Shown here one piece after another: positions 23,050 to 36,700 of a stretch of DNA of 64,000 nt. The notes below the pieces were generated by a model. It saw only the letters and a list, made by a program, of their open reading frames with translations, did not search any database and was not told where the DNA came from. Source of the DNA: Cetorhinus maximus (Eukaryota); NCBI RefSeq assembly GCF_964194155.1, contig NC_135901.1, forward strand, positions 22,444,001 to 22,508,000. Reading direction: 5' to 3'. Each line of letters begins with the position of its first letter. Within the stretch, counting starts at the first letter, position 1. Position numbers and translations under genes: made by a program.

Positions 23050-26000
23050 TAAAAACATAGGAATTAGAAGCAGGAATAGGCCGTTAAGCTCTTCGAGCCT
23101 GCGCCGCCATTCAATATGATCATGGCTGGTCTTCTATCTTAATGCCATACTCCCACTCTCTCCCCATACTCCTTGACGCCTTTAGAGTTTAGAAATCTGT
23201 CTGTTTCCTTCTGAAATATATTCAGTGACTTTGCCACCGCAGCCCCCTGTGATAGAGAGTTCCACAGGTTGACCACCCTTTGAGTGAAAAAATTTCTCCT
23301 CATTTCAATTCTAAATGGCCTACCCCGTATCCTGAGATTGTGACCCCTTGTTCTAGACCCCACCGACCCACCCCCACCTCCCTGCCCCCCGCCACCAGGC
23401 AGAGGAAACGTCATCCCTGCATCCAGTCTGTCCAGCCCTGTCAGAATTTTATACGTTTCAATGAAATCCCCTCTCATTCTTCTAAACTCCAATAAATACA
23501 GGCTTTGTTGGCTCAATCTGTCCTCATACAACAATCCTGCCATCCCAGGAATCAGTCTGGTCAACCTTCGCTGCACCCCCTCTATGGCAAGTATATCCTT
23601 TGTTAGGTGAGGAGACAAAACTTCACACAATACTCCAGGTGTGATCTTACCAAGGCCCTGTATAACTGCAGTAAGACATCCTTGTTCCTGTACTCAAGTC
23701 CTCTCGCAATGAAGGCCAGCATACCATTTGCCTTAACAGCTCGCTGCACCTGCATGCTTGCTTTCAGTGATTGGTGTACAAGGACACCCAGGTCCCTTTG
23801 TACATCTACAGTTCCCAATGTATCACCATTTAAATAATACTCTGCCATTCTGTTTTTCCTACCAAAGTGAATAACTTCACACTTATCCATGTTATACTGC
23901 ATCTGCTGTGTATTTGCCCACTCACTCGACTTGTCTAAATCACCTTGAAGCCTCTTGACATCCTCCTCACCACTCACATTTCCACCTAGTTTTGTGTGGT
24001 CAGCAAACTTGGAAATATTACATTTGTTTCCCTCCTCCAAATCATTGATATATACGGTGAATAGCTGGGGCCCAAGCACTGATCCCTGCGGTACCCCACT
24101 AGTTACCACCTGCTATTCCAAAAAAGACCCATTTACTCCTACTCTCTGTTCTGTCCACTAACCAGTTCTCAATCCATACCAATATATTACCCCCAATCCC
24201 ATGTGCTTTAATTTTGCACACTAACCTCTTATGTGGGACTTTAACCTTTCTGAAAATCCAAATACACCACATCCACTGGTTCTCCCTTATCTATTCTGCT
24301 AGTCATGTCCTCTAAAAACTCCAGGAGGTTTGTCAAACACGATTGCCCTTTCATAAATCCATGTTGACTTTGTCTAATCCTGTTGATATTTTCCAAAGAT
24401 CCAGTTATCACGTCCTTCATAATAGATTCTAGCATTTTCCCTACCACAGATGTTAGGCTAACCGGTCTGTAATTCCGTTTCTTCCCTCTTTTTTTAAATC
24501 GTGGGGTTACATTTGCCACCTTCCAGTCTGCCGGGACTATTCCAGAATCTACAGAATTTTGGAAGATGACAACCAGCGCATCCACTATTTCCATGGCCAC
24601 CTCCTTTAGTACCCTGGGATATAGATTATCAGGCCCTGGGGATTTAGCAGCTTTCAGTCCCATTAATTTCTCCAGCACTGTTTTTTTTAAGTAATACTAA
24701 TTTCCTTCAATTCCTCCTTCTCATTAGACCTTTGGTTCCCTAGTATTTCTTGGAAGTTATTTGTGTCTTCCTCCATGAAGACAGAACTAATGTAGTTGTT
24801 TAATTGCACTGCCATATCCTTGTTCTCTATTATAAATTCTCCTATTTCGGACTGTAAGTGACCTACATTTGTCTTCACTAATCTTTTTCTTCTTACATGC
24901 TTGTAGAAGCTTTTATAGTCCTCTTTTATGTTCCTTGCAAGTTTACGCTCATACTCTATTTTCCCCTCTTAATCTCTTGGGCCTCCTTTGCTGAATTCTA
25001 AATTGCTCCCAATCCTCAGGCTTGTTATTTTTTCAAGCAACTTTATATGACTAGTCTTTGGATCTAATACTACACTTCATTTGTTTTGTTAGCCATGGTT
25101 GGGCCACTTTGTGGTTTTGCACCAGAAAGGAATATATAACTGTTGCAATGCATACATTCATTCTTTATATATTAGCTATTGCCTATCCACCATCATCCCT
25201 TTTAATGACATTCCCCAATTTATCTTAGCCAGCTCACACCTTATACCCTTGACTTCCCTTTGTTTAGATTTAGGACCTGAGTTTCAAATTGGACTACTTT
25301 ATTTTCCAACCTAAGGAAGAATTCTCTCATGTTATGGTCACTGTTCCCTAAAGGACCCCACACCACAAGATTATTAATTAACCCCTTCTCATTGCACAAA
25401 ACCAAATCCAAGATAGCCTGTTCCCTAGTTGGTTCTTCAACATACTGGTCTAAAAAAAATCTCATACAGACTCCAAGAATTCATCCGCCACAATGTTATT
25501 GCTGATTTGGTTTGCCCAGTCTATATTAGATTAAAGTCACCCATGATTACTGTAGCACCATTGTTATATGCATCTCTAATTTCCTTTTTAATACTGTCCC
25601 CTGCCTTACCACTACTATTTGGAGGCCTGTACACAACTCCCACTAATGTTTTCCACCCCTTGTTGCTTCTTAGCTCCACCCAGACTGATTCTACAACTAG
25701 ATTTTCTCAGCCGATATCCTCTCTCACTATTGCACTGATTTCATCCTTAACTAACAATACCACTCCACATTCTTTTCCTTTGTGCCTGCCCTTCCTAAAT
25801 ATGGAATACCCTTGGATATTCCGTTCCCAGCCTTGGTCACCCTGCAGCTGTGCATTTGTAATCACAATCAAATCATAGCTGTTTACTTTTATTTGCACTA
25901 TTAATTCATCTACCGTATTGTGAATGCTCCATGCATTCAGAGCCAGTGCCTTTGGAGTTGTCTTTATTCACATCTTCTTTTGTACTATTGCCCTATTTGC

Positions 26001-26110
26001 TGCTATCCCCCGTTTCCTCAGCCTTCCACTTTTGCTTTTTACTTCCCTGTCTTTCATGTCTATCTTTGTCTCCCTCTTCTGTGTCTCCCACTCAGGTTCC
26101 CATCCCCCTG
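23050..26110 (-). mobile_element. CR1 LINE, near-complete degraded ORF2 (EN+RT) with 3' end
   Basis: GDQGWERNIQGY, KSPGPDNLYPRVLKE, NYRPVSLTSVVGK, VYLDFQK, SGVPQGSVLGPQLF, FADHTKL, RRMRGDFIETYKIL. Confidence 0.92.
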
Positions 26111-26114
26111 GAGT

Positions 26115-26295
26115 CTGTGGGCTGTAGTGCAGATGCCAATGATTGTGATTTGGGGGATCCCATGGAATCCCCTCTGGGGCAGCTTTCCTGGTGAGCCAGT
26201 CTGCCTGGTTATTACCATCACCCTCTTCACTAACTCCTGCTGCTGATGTACCTTCACCTTACAAACAGCAATTTGTCCTGGACACTTACCAGCAA
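26115..26295 (+). repeat. Unclassified ~170-bp duplicated segment (second copy 40040-40205)
   Basis: tgccaatgatt...ggatcccatggaatcccctctgg...ctgcctggttattaccatca...aatttgtcctggacac is present at both sites. Confidence 0.75.
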
Positions 26296-27364
26296 CATCC
26301 CGAATCATTCAGAGTTTGTAGTGGTGACTGAGTGGTTTCCTTTCTGTTGTCGAGAAGCCATATGTTTTTTGCCAGGACGAAAGATTCTGCATGAGGGAAT
26401 TACAACTAGAGGAGCTTTCAGAATAGTGGTGCTTCTCTCAGTAACGGTTTGAAGGGCTGTGATGATGCTTTCTAGGCTGAATATTGTGGTGGTTATTTAA
26501 TAAGAATATTACAGCTGTCATGAGGAATCAAAGACACAGAACAAGTCTGGCACAGACTTTGTTTATAAAACAAAGATCCATCCAGATGAACAATGGAGTC
26601 TAACAATGATGTGGCTTTTACTGTTTCATTGTACATGGCCCCTTTCACCTGACATGTATGTGAGGTTCTTTCATACTGCAACATCCCAGCCAATTCTTAA
26701 TTGTGAGGTTGCAGGATATTAATTCATCTACTCTATTACATCAGCGATACTCCCTTAATTGACCTTGTATTAAAAATGTCACTGTGGTATGTGGGGTATG
26801 TAGAATTATTGAATTAAACTCTACCAGGTAACTCTGTGCGCTTAATTAACCAGTGAGCTCTTCATATCTGCTTAGTACACTGGGCAATCGATCTTTGCAC
26901 AAGGGTGAGTATGTCTAAGAGCTGTCCAATTGGAAAATCTTCTCCATTCACCTCTTGCATTACGACAGCAGACTGACAGCAGACTGCTCTGACTCCACCA
27001 GCAGGGCTGTGAAATCAATTTTAAAATCTTGCAAAGAGCCAGCACAGGCATGATGGGCCAAATGGTTTCCACCTGAGCTGTATCATTCTATAAAGCAGTG
27101 AATATTCAGTATCTGGAGATAAATGAGAGAGGAACCATTAAGAAAAGCTTTATAAGTTCTGCGTAGTTCCACAGCAGAGCAACGGTTTGAATCACTGAGA
27201 AATAGAACATAGCATTTGCACCCGTTCTCAAGCATGTATGTGATTTCTTAAGTTAACGTATCCCAATTTTTAACAAAATTATTTTTCATTCCGTGTTTGG
27301 AGAATCAATGGCGCTACTGTTACCCAATATGCTCGGCGGCTGTGAATGTGCCTTATTAACGGTA

Positions 27365-27805
27365 CAGGAGCCCAGTGCGCAGGTGCAATGCTGGATTCCA
27401 TCTCGGGCATGCGCAGTGTCACTTTGATCAGAGCCCTGTGAGTGCTTTGGACGGTTTTTTCAGCGGGTAAGAGCTGGTGGGGCAGAGTGAGGAACAGAGC
27501 CGGGAGTCCTGGGTGGGGCGGGTGGAGAGAGGGGAGATTTTATAAACAGCCGCTGGAGGCCGTAAACTCCGAATTAGACCCTGCAGGTCCGGCGTTTGTA
27601 CTTCCGGGGCTTTTTCTCTGGAACAGGCCCAGATTAACGACCACCATCTTTGTTCAGCGCTGAGCAGAGCGCGTGCGCAGCAATCTTGGTGACGCAACAG
27701 AGGGTGGGCGGGGCTCCAGGTTCCCGGTAAGCAGCAGATTGACAGGTCCGGGTTAACGGCCGCCATCTTTCCAGGAGCCAGGTGCTTTAGGACGCATGCG
27801 CAGCG
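27365..27805 (+). promoter_or_regulatory. CpG promoter/first-exon module of B3
   Basis: cagtgcgcaggtgca, gcatgcgcag (twice), ggggcgggtgg and taacggccgccatctt. Same module as 33340 and 42020. Confidence 0.65.
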
Positions 27806-27819
27806 ATCCTAAGAACGGA

Positions 27820-28285
27820 AGACATCAGAATTCGGAGCAGGAATAGGCCATTCGGTCCATCGAGCCTGCTCCACTGATGAAATAAACTCATGGCTGATCT
27901 GATTGTTCCTCCTGCCCCCATAATCCTTGAGTCCCTTCTAGACTGAGCTTCCATTGCTCATTGGGGAAGAGAATTCCACAGACGAATGACCTTCTGAGAG
28001 AAGAAATTTCTCCTCATCTCAGTGTTAAATGGGAGACTTCTTAGTTTTAAACACTGCCCCTTAGTTCTAGATTCTTCCTATGAGGGGAAACACCTTTCAG
28101 CATCTATCTGTCTAGAGCCCTCAGAATCTTATATATTTCAATAAAATCTTCTCCCATTCTTATAACTCCAATGAGTACAACCTCTAACCTTGCTTCAAAC
28201 GACAAACTCCCTCATCCCAAGAATGAGACTAGTGAACCTTTACTGAACTGCCTCCTGTGCAAATAATAAGTCTTAAGTATTCCTG
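27820..28285 (-). mobile_element. CR1 3' end
   Basis: ggagcaggaataggccattcgg...gaagaaatttctcctcatctc...ccctcagaatcttatat. Confidence 0.8.
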
Positions 28286-28499
28286 GGACTGGAAAAAGGA
28301 GGGAATGTTGTGAATTTCTATCCTGGACTAACAGTGATGGATTTTGGAAACTTTTTACAGGGGGTTAGAAGGGGAGGATTTACACACAGCAAGCACAATT
28401 CAAGAGAAAGGTTTGTCTATTCTGAATTTCTAACCGCTACTGACACTTATGACTCTTGTAATCTCCTTTCACAGGGAGCTAAAGATTTGAAAACTGTGA

Positions 28500-28597
28500 T
28501 ATTTTTCTCTGACTCAGTGCTTCTGATATCTTTCCAACTGCAGGCTCCAGCAGGAGATTTTAAATTTGAATACAGTGAAATTGTTTCGGAGGTGAGT
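28500..28597 (+). other. Putative short non-coding exon conserved in type B genes
   Basis: cagtgcttctgatatctttcca.ctgcaggctccagcaggagattttaaa...gag|gtgagt. Paralogous copies on the - strand at ~58205-58290 and ~63665-63755. Confidence 0.45.
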
Positions 28598-29589
28598 ACT
28601 ATTGAACATTCATCTACACTTTGGAGCTTTTAGTGCTGTGCTCTGGCTCCATGGCTCTGGAGCTTGTGTGGCCCCTGTGGATCTGAATCCATGTCCATCT
28701 ATTGCTCTGTTTCACCTCTGCCCTCCCTGATCACCTTTCTGCCATGGTCTAACTTCCTCTGCCTGTAATAATGGTTGTAATTTAACCATGTTTGGTATTT
28801 TACTGTTCTTTCTACAGTTACTGCCTGACCTGCTGAGTACTTCCAGCATTTGCTCTTTTTATTTCAGTTTTACAGCAGCTGCAGTATTTTACTTTTTTAT
28901 TCCAAGTGTTTCCCTCAGAACTGAGTCTAGAAACACAGATAGACCAATTAAGAACTGATTGGTAATGGGCTGGGTGTTGGTGCAAAGGTTGATCCTCAGC
29001 CCCCAGAATGGGTCCTTTTTCACAGAATCATTGAATGGTTACAATACTGAAGGAGGCCATTTAGCCCATCGTACCCGTGCTGGCTCTCTGCAAGAGCAGA
29101 TCAGTTAGTCCCACTACCCTGCCCTTTCCTCATAGCCCAGTAGTTTTTTTTCTCTCTCCAGGATCTTATCTAATTCCCTTTGTTTTGTTGCATTAGTTTG
29201 AGCTGGAGTGGAGATGGAGGAGAAGCTGCTGGGTTTAACCTCAAGGACTTTGGAAGCTAGTTGGGAGCAACGATTTTAGTTGTGAAACTGTCAAGGGAGG
29301 AAGATTCCAGGGGAGGTCTGGTTGCTAAACGGACATTTAGGAACAAGCATTTCTTTAGATGCTTCAATCTATTTTACATATACATATTTTAAAAGTTTGT
29401 GGAATTTGGGTGACACCAACAAGACCAGCAGCAGATATTGTCAATCCCCAGTTATCTGTGGAGAAGATGATGTTTGACCTTCTTGAACCGCTGCAGTCGG
29501 TATGGTGAAGGTGCTTCCACAATGCTGTTCGGTAAGGAGTTACAGGTTATTCACCCAGTGGTGATGAAGGAATGGCGATATATGTCCAA

Positions 29590-30240
29590 ATCAATGACAA
29601 TGATTAGCATTTATATTGTGTCTTTTACATAATAAAACTTTCCAAGACATTCACTGAAATATTACTAAGCAACATGAGACACCGAGTCACAAGGTGATAT
29701 TAGAGCAGGCGACCAGAAGCTTAGTCAATGAGGTAAAGAAGTGGAGAGATTAAAGGAGGAAATTCCAGAACTTGGGCCTCGGCAACTGAAGCAATGGCCA
29801 CCATTGCTGATATGATTAAAATGTGGAATGCTCATGATGCTGCAATTAGATGAGCGCAGGTATCTCAAAAGGTTATGTGACTGGAGGAGATTACAGAGAT
29901 ACGGATGGGTAAATCTAGAGGTAACAAAGGAATGGAGGAGAGTTTCAGAAGCAGATGAGCTGAGACTAGGAAAGAGCCGAGCAATGTTACTGAGGTGGAA
30001 ATAGGCGATCTTGGTGATGATGCGGATCAGTGGTCAGAAGCTCAGTTTGGGGTAAAAGATGACAGCGATCTTGTGAACAGTCTGGTTCAGCTTCAGACAG
30101 TTTCTGGGGAGAGGGATGGAGTCCAGTGGTTATTGAGTGGAGTTTGCAGCAGGGACTGAAGACAATGGCAATCATGTTCCCAGTATTTAATTGAAGGAAA
30201 TTTCTGTTCACCCAGGACTGGATGTTAGACAAGTCAGGAT
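29590..30240 (-). mobile_element. L2 3' fragment in the B3 intron
   Basis: SNIQSWVNRNFLQLNTG. Same fragment and position as in the B1, B2, B4 and B5 introns. Confidence 0.75.
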
Positions 30241-30389
30241 GTTGTCTAAGTTGAAGGGAAACTTGCAGGCGATGATGTTCACATACACCTTCTACCTTGG
30301 TCCTTCCAGGTGGTTGAGCTTGACGCTTTGGGAGATTCTGTTACCTTTTGGCCAAACTGTAGATTTGTAAAAGGACTCTCTCATCCGCT

Positions 30390-30655
30390 GCCTCTCTCTT
30401 TCATCTGCTGCCTCTCTCTCTCTCTTTCTCTTTCTCCCTCTCTCTACCTCTCTTTCTATATCTCTATTTCTCTCTCTCGCTCGCATACTCTCTCGCGCGC
30501 GCGCTCTCTCTCTCTCGCGCGCTCTCTCTCTCGCGCGCTCTCTCTCTTGCGCACGCTCTCTCTCTCTCGCGCTCGCTCTCTCTCTCGCGCTCGCTCTCTC
30601 TCTCGCGCTGTCTCACGCGCTCTCTCTCTCTCGCACTCTCTCGCTCTCTCTCTTT
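30390..30655. repeat. Mixed (TC)n/(GC)n microsatellite
   Basis: ctctctcgcgcgcgctctctctctctcgcgc... visible directly. Confidence 0.95.
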
Positions 30656-30990
30656 TTCCTCCTAGAGTGTCCAAAGTCCTCTTTAGGTCCAGACTGGGTG
30701 ACAGTTTCCCTTCCCTGAAGGACATTAATGAATCAGTTGGGTTTTTATGACAGCCCTTCAGCTTTCATGGTCTTTTTTCCGACTGCAAGTCCCATAAATT
30801 CATTCAGCACAATTTCACTGTCTGTCTTTGTGTTTTTGTGGGTTCTCTGTGACTCTTTTTTTTCTGTTTTAAATTTCACAGGGTATTAGAAGGGAAGGAT
30901 TTGCAGTCGGGAAATTGAAACCAAACATCACATCAGGATCTGACGGAGTTGCCCAATTTATATTAACGTGAATATTATCGGATTTTGAAT

Positions 30991-32112
30991 ATGGAAGGGA
31001 AAAGCACCATCCACAATGGAGAGAAACCGTACATGTGTTCTGTGTGTGGACGAGGCTTCAGCCGATCATCTGGCCTGTCGAGACACAAGTACAGTCACAC
31101 TAGGGAGAAACCATGGAAATATGAGGACTGTGGGAAGGGATTCACTCATTCATCCGCCCTGCAGAATCACCAGCGAATTCACACTGGGGAGAGACCATTC
31201 ACCTGTTCCGAGTGTGGGAAGGGATTCACTCGGTCAGCCACCCTGCTGAATCATCGGCGAGTTCACACTGGGGAGAGGCCATTCACCTGCTCCGAGTGTG
31301 GGAAGGGATTCACTCAGTCATCCCACTTGTTGACACACCAGCGTGATCACACTGGGGAGAGACCATTCACCTGTTCTGTGTGTGGGAAGGGATTCACTCG
31401 GTCATCCCACCTGTTGACACACCAGCGTGATCACACTGGGGAGAGACCATTCACCTGCTCTGTATGTGGGAAAGGATTCATTCAATTATCCAACCTGTTG
31501 GCTCACCGGCAGGTTCATACTGGGGAGAGGCCGTTCACCTGCTCTGAGTGTGGGAAGGGATTCACTCAATCCGGCAGCCTGCATTTACACAAGCTCACTC
31601 ACACTGGGGAGAGACCATTCACCTGCTCAGAGTGTGAGAAGGGATTCACTCGGTCATCCGACTTGCTTATACACCAGCGAGTTCACACTGATGAAAGGCC
31701 TTTTAAATGCCCAGATTGTGGGAAGTGCTATAAAAGTTCCGGGCAATTGATCTCGCACCAACGTGTTCACACTGAGGAGAGACCATTCAAGTGCTCTCAC
31801 TGTGGGACTGGGTTCAGGCGATCAACAAACCTCACTGTACACCAACGAAATCACACTGGGGAGAGACCATTCACCTGCTCTGAATGCGGGAAGGGATTCT
31901 CTGATTTATCCACCCTTCTGAAACACCAGCGCGCGCACACTGGAGAGAGGCCATTCACCTGCCCTGAGTGTGGGAAGGGATTCACTCAGTCAGCCAACCT
32001 GCTGAGGCACCAGCGGATTCACACTGGGGAGAGGCCATTCACCTGCTCCGAGTGTGGGAAGGGATTCACTGACTTGTCCAACCTGCTGAGACACCAGCGA
32101 GTTCATGAGTAA
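30991..32112 (+). CDS. Tandem C2H2 zinc-finger protein B3 (13 fingers; finger 2 has C>Y)
   Basis: Intact ORF from the ATG at 30991 after acceptor tttcacag (30881). Finger 2 reads WKYEDC. Confidence 0.9.
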   Translation: MEGKSTIHNGEKPYMCSVCGRGFSRSSGLSRHKYSHTREKPWKYEDCGKGFTHSSALQNHQRIHTGERPFTCSECGKGFTRSATLLNHRRVHTGERPFTCSECGKGFTQSSHLLTHQRDHTGERPFTCSVCGKGFTRSSHLLTHQRDHTGERPFTCSVCGKGFIQLSNLLAHRQVHTGERPFTCSECGKGFTQSGSLHLHKLTHTGERPFTCSECEKGFTRSSDLLIHQRVHTDERPFKCPDCGKCYKSSGQLISHQRVHTEERPFKCSHCGTGFRRSTNLTVHQRNHTGERPFTCSECGKGFSDLSTLLKHQRAHTGERPFTCPECGKGFTQSANLLRHQRIHTGERPFTCSECGKGFTDLSNLLRHQRVHE

Positions 32113-32171
32113 CTACCATGATTTGATTTTGTTGTTAACCACATCCAGGAATGAACCATGTTCATTGGGAT

Positions 32172-32924
32172 ATGTTTTTTTCTTCTTCCTCTTCCTCCCA
32201 TTTTATTTGTGGTCACCACAATGCTGCTTGATCACCTTCTCTATCTCCTCCTGTCAGTCACTCATTCCTCTTCCAATCCCACTGCATTTCTGTCTCTGGC
32301 CACCACATCTTTCCATCTGGTCTTAGACCTTTGTCTTCTCCTTCTTCCTGACAGTCCCATGTCCATCACTCACCTCACCACATTTCCTCTCTCTCTCCAC
32401 AACAAACGACCAGACCATTTCAATCTCTTCTCAGCTACATTCTTTGATGTTTCCACAATCTTCACTGACCCCCTTATGTACTGGTTTCTAATCCTGTCCT
32501 TTCTTGTCACTCCACACATCCATCTCAGCATTTGTATCTCGTTAGTATCCAGTCGTTGTCCTCTCTTCTTGATATTGTCCAAGTTACCCCAGGTATTTGA
32601 AACTACTCATGTTGTCCAAGTCTTCACCTATCATCTTTACACCTTCACTCTGATTGTCTTCCTTAGGCTCAAACTGACAGTCGATGGATTGGGTCTTTGG
32701 TTCACTAATGTCCTTCAGGGAAGGAAATCTGTATGGACTCGAAACATTAACTTGGTTTTTCTATTTCCACTGATGCTGCTAGACCTGCTGAGTTTTTTCA
32801 GCATTTTCTGGTTTTATTTCAGTTTCCCAGCATTCATCGTATTTTGCTTTTATTTAAAACAATCTCCATATTGTATTGACCTTCCCGGTATTACTCCATC
32901 ACTTGTCTCAAAACAAAAATAGCT
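32172..32924 (-). mobile_element. RTE-clade 3' fragment, with nested SINE/Penelope pieces, inserted in the B3 3' UTR
   Basis: QMLRWMCGVTRKDRIRNQYIRG. TSD ttgggat at 32165-32171 and 32925-32931, after which the 3' UTR consensus resumes. Confidence 0.75.
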
Positions 32925-33334
32925 TTGGGATCTGTTTCTGCTGATGTTAATAAACTCTATCCCGGTTATATGTGTTAATACTCTGGATAAAAGTCAAATA
33001 AATCAGCTTTAACAGACAGTATGATGAGTCATTTTGATATCTCTCACAAATTAGTGCCTTGTATAGGTCTCTCCCTCTCCCCTGTCTCTTCCTCCTCACC
33101 AACAAGTGTGAGGAGCTCATGGTGCTTCTTTGTCTCTAAGATTGAAACAATCTGATCAGCTGCCACTTCCTCTTCCCTCCCCCCCATAGCCCACCAGGAA
33201 AAACTTCGCCTCAAGATCGGCCCAGCTGTAGCCCTTGGGATACCGAGACATTGATTTTCAGTCAGCAGCTCAAGCTGTCAATGGCGGTTTATTTACCCAC
33301 AACACGCCTCGCTGCAGAAAGTCTATCCACGACG

Positions 33335-33750
33335 ATAGGAGTCCAGTGCGCAGGTGCAGTGTGGCTGTGCGCTCTGAGCATGCTCAGTGTCAGTCATGGT
33401 GACAGAGCGAGGAGGAGCGGACGGTTCGTGAGGCGGGACGAGATTGTGTGCACAGGGTAGGCATGGAAACCGCGGCTGGACTAGGAACTGGATCAATTTC
33501 TGGGGTAGGCTCTATGCCCTGAATAAGAGGCCATTGGCCCCGCGATGACAAGGCCGAGTAGCGGGCTTACTGGCCGCCATATTGCGAGTTAGGACGGATC
33601 AGGGAGGCGAAGTTTCCTCACCGGTGACGGCCCGGGTTATCCAGGCAACAGGCCGCCATCTTGAGAGAGGAAGGCGGGGCTTGTTCAGGGAGCGAGGCGC
33701 ATGGGCGGCCATCTTGGTGAGGGAAGAGGGAGTGGGCGGGGATTGTTCGG
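33335..33750 (+). promoter_or_regulatory. CpG promoter/first-exon module of A2
   Basis: cagtgcgcaggtgca, three YY1-like ggccgccat(a/c)tt / ggccatcttg sites and ggcgggg GC boxes. Confidence 0.65.
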
Positions 33751-33759
33751 TGAGAGGGA

Positions 33760-36700
33760 ATTAGGAGCAGGAATAGGCCATTCGGCCCTTCGAGCCTGCT
33801 CCACCATTCAATAAGATCATGGCTGATCTGACTGTAACCTCCAGTTCACAGAGATAAAAACAAAAAGCTACTGCGGATGCTGGAAATCCAAAACAAAAAC
33901 AGAATTACCTGGAAAAACTCAGCAGGTCTGGCAGCATCGGTGGAGAAGAAAACAGTTGACGTTTCGAGTCCTCATGACCCTTCGGCAGAACTGATGTATA
34001 GTTAGGAGAGAGGTGAAATATAAGCTGGTCTAAGGTGGGGGGTGGGGGGAGAGAGAAGTTGAGGGTGGGGTGGTTGTAGGGATAAGCAAGCAGTGATAGG
34101 AGCAGATAATCAAAAGATGTCACAGACAAAAGGATCAAAGAGATGTTGAAGGTGGTGATATTATCTAAGAAAAGTGCTAATTAAGAATGGATGGCAGGAT
34201 ACTCAAGGTACAGCTCTAGTGGGGGTGGGGTGGAAAGACTAACAAAGTATTAGTTGTAGATTTAAAAATAATGGAAATAGGTGGGAAAAGAAGAATCTAT
34301 ATAAATTATTGAAAAAAAGGGAGGGGGAAGAAACGGGGTGGGGATGGCATTCTGTCTTCCCCTGAAATCTTACACCCCCTTGTTAGTCAAGAGTCTATAT
34401 AACTTTTGCCTTAGAAGTATTGATAGACCCAGTCTCCACCGCTCTCTGGGGAAACAAATTCCAAAGATTCACGACCCTTTGAGAGAAAAAAAATTCTCAT
34501 CTCTGCCTTAAATAGGAGGCCTCTTAGTTTTAAGCTGTGTCCTCTATTTCTAGTCTCCCCCACAAGGGGAAACATCATTTCAGCATCCATCCTGTAAAGG
34601 GCTTTCAGGACCTGAGATGTTTCAATAAGATCACCTCTCATTCTTCTGAACTCCAATGTATACTGGACCAGCCTGTTCAACTTTTCCTCATAAAATAACC
34701 CCAATCCCAATTATCAGCTGAGTGAACCTTCTCTGAACTGCTTCTAACGCATTTATGCCCCTTTCTTGAAAATGGATACCAAAACTGTACACAGTGCTCT
34801 AGATGTGGTCTTACTAACAACCTGTCCAACTGTAGCAAAACATCCCAACTTTTATATTCCATTTCCCTTGCAAGAAGCCAAAACGTTCAATTTGCCTTCC
34901 TAATCACTTGCTGTGCCTACACAACAACATTTTGTTATTCAGATACAGGACACCCAGATCCCTCTGTATCTCAGAGTTCTACAGTCTCTCTCCATTTAAA
35001 TAATATGCTGCTCTTCTATTCTTCCTGCCAAAGTGCACAGGTCCACATTTTACTCCATCTGCCAAATTTTTGCCCACTCACTTAACCTGTCTATATTACT
35101 TGACAGACTCCTTATGATTTTTTGGCAAATTGCACCCCTACCTATCTTTGTGTCATCAGCAGATTTAGCAACCATACATTCAGCCCCGTCATCCAAGCCA
35201 TTAATATAGGTTGTAGATAGTTGAAGCCCAGTCCTCATCCCTGTGGCACTTCACTTGTTACATTTTGCTAACCCAAAAATGATCCATTTATGCCAACTCT
35301 CTGTTTCCTGTTAGCTAATCGATCCTCTAGCCATGCTAATATGTTATCCCGAACACCATGAGCTTATTTTGTATAGTAACCTTTGATGTGGCACCTTGTC
35401 AATCCTGGAAATCTAGTACATCACATCCACAGATTCTCCTTTATCCACAATGCTTGTTACTTCCTCAAGCCAATTTCCCTTTCACAAAACCCTGTTGACT
35501 CTGCCTGATTGCATTGAGATTTTCCAATTGCTCCACTATAACCTTCTTAATGATAGATTCCAGCATTTCCCCAGTGACACATGTTAAGCTTGTTGGGCTG
35601 TAATTTCCTGCTTTCTGTCCCCCTGTGTTGAATGAAGGTGTTACCTTAGGAATTTTCCAATCTGTTGGGATCATTCCAGAATCCAGGGAATTTTGGAAAA
35701 TTAAAACAAATGCATCTACTGTCTGAGCAACTACTTCGTTTAAGACCCGAAGGTGAAGACCATCAGGACCCAGGGATTTTTCAACTTTTAGTTCTAATAA
35801 TTTTCTCAGTGCTCTTTCCCTGGTGATTGTAATTGTTTTAAGTCCCTCCCTTCCTTTCACCTCTACAGTGAAGATGCAAAATATGTGTTCACTTCATCTT
35901 CCATTTCCTTATTTTCCATTATTAATTCCCAGACTCGTCCTGTAGAGGACCAATGTTCACTTTACCTCTTTTCCTTTTTGAATACCCATAGAAGCTCTTA
36001 CAATCTGCTTTCACATTTCCAGCCAGCTTTCTCTTGTACTCTAAATTCTTCCTCATTTTTTAGCCATTCTTTGCTTTTTCTATATTCTGTCCAATCTTCT
36101 AACCTGCCACTAATCTTCACATAATTGTATGCTTTTTCTTTCAATTTGGTACTATCTTAAACTGCCTTAGTTAGCCACGTATTGTAAGTCTTTCCCCTAG
36201 AGTCTTTTTTCTCAATGGAATGTATCTTTCTGAGTATTATGAAACATCTCCTTAAATATCTGCCATTTCATCTCTAGTGACTTAACACTTAGTCTAATTT
36301 CCCAGTTCGCTTTAGCCAGCTCTATCTTCATACCCTCATAATTGTCCTTATTTAAGTTCAAAACACTAGTCTTAGACCCATTCTTCTCTCCCTCGAACTG
36401 AATACAAAATTCAATCATATTATGATCACTGCTACCTTGGGGCACCTTTACTATGAGGCCATTAATTAATCCCTTCCCATTACACATTACCAGATCCAGA
36501 ATAGCCTGCTTTCTGATTGTGTGCAGCACATGCTGCTCTAAGAAATTGTTCCGAAAACACCCGATGAACTCATCTTCCAGGTTAACTTTGCCATTCGGAT
36601 TCATCCAATCTATATGTAGGTTAAAATCACCCATGATTGTTGCTGTATTTTTGTCACCATTATTTCTTAAAAGCAAAAAACTGCGGATGCTGGAAATCCA

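Noticed and set aside
30292-30750. RE/RA-rich and SL-rich ORFs
   Set aside because: Translations of the microsatellite.
32158-32922. 254-aa hydrophobic ORF after B3
   Set aside because: It is the antisense reading of RTE, SINE and Penelope fragments with pyrimidine bias.
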